DNA from: Pristiophorus japonicus
Taxonomy: Eukaryota
NCBI RefSeq assembly: GCF_044704955.1
Contig: NC_091993.1
Location: 117,428,001 to 117,492,000, forward strand
Direction: 5' to 3'
DNA: 64,000 nucleotides
Shown here: positions 63,401 through 64,000 of the stretch, in pieces
Layout: each line of letters opens with the position of its first letter
Numbering within the stretch: position 1 is the first letter of the stretch
Notes under the pieces: model-generated
What the model was told of the DNA's origin: nothing
Database searches by the model: none
The model's input: the letters and a program-made list of their open reading frames with translations, nothing else
Translations under genes and position numbers: made by a program

Positions 63401-63766
63401 TATTGAGGTGTATAAAATTATGACGGACCTACATAAAGTGGATAGGAAGGACCTATGTCCCTTAGCAGAGGGGTCACCAACCAGGGGGCATAGATTTAAA
63501 GTAATTGGTAGGACGTTTAGAGGGGAAATGTTTTCACACAGGATAGTGGGGGTTTGGAACTCACTGCCTGAAAGGGTGGGAGAGGCAGAAACCCTCACCA
63601 CATTTAAAAGATACTTGGGCGTATACTTCGAGCGCCGTAACCTACAGAGCCATGGACCGCAAGCTGGAAAATGGGATTAGGCTGGATAGTGGGATTAGGC
63701 TGGATAACTAGTTGTGGGCCAAAATGGCCTCCTCCTGTGGTGTAAATTTCTATGATTCTATTCTAT
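60401..63766 (+). mobile_element. Duplicate of CR1 at 10138-13503 (within the duplicated Penelope relic)
   Basis: Near-identical ORF translations at offset +50263. Confidence 0.9.
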
Positions 63767-64000
63767 GAATGGGTCAAGTTAAGAAACAAAAGATGAGTCT
63801 AGATAGGGTGTAAATGGAGATGGCAGAATCATCAACAGCTGCTGTGAGAAAGAGAAAAAACATTAAAAAATAAAAAAATAGAGGCAGTTATTATAGTTTG
63901 AAATTGTTGAACTCGATGTTGAGTTCAGAAGGGTGTAAAGTGCCTAAACGAAATATGAGGTGCTATTCCTCGAGCTTGCCTTGAGATTCATTAGAACAGT

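Larger units (their letters stand above)
51850..64000 (+). repeat. Segmental/tandem duplication, copy B (matches ~1570-13737; runs off the window end)
   Basis: Same exons, introns and transposon insertions as copy A. Confidence 0.97.

Overview
Vertebrate genomic DNA, most likely a cartilaginous fish (shark). This is inferred from abundant CR1/HER1-type LINEs with (AGAAACAT)n tails, a SacSINE/DeuSINE-like element, and Penelope and Harbinger relics. The window holds two tandem copies (offset about 50.26 kb) of a + strand, multi-exon immunoglobulin-superfamily leukocyte receptor. Its inferred layout is: leader exon, CD300/pIgR/TREM-type V domain, FCRL-like C2 domain, Ser/Thr-rich stalk, transmembrane exon with a YxxxNxxR FcRgamma-type motif, and a short tail. 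Copy A shows V to tail (2201-17454; leader upstream of the window). Copy B shows leader, V and C2 (40158-56703; the rest lies downstream). The copies are about 99% identical over roughly 12 kb, but their V exons differ at 14 codons, all non-synonymous. Most of the remaining sequence is nested transposons (CR1, L2, Tx1, Penelope, Gypsy, PIF/Harbinger) plus a multi-kb C/T tract in intron 1. The most unusual items are a TSD-flanked, A-tailed, structured U2/U1 snRNA chimera in the promoter region of copy B, and Tx1-clade fragments repeatedly anchored at one 12-bp site in a solo LTR. Exon models and difference counts are hand-derived, and transposon boundaries are approximate unless a TSD is given.
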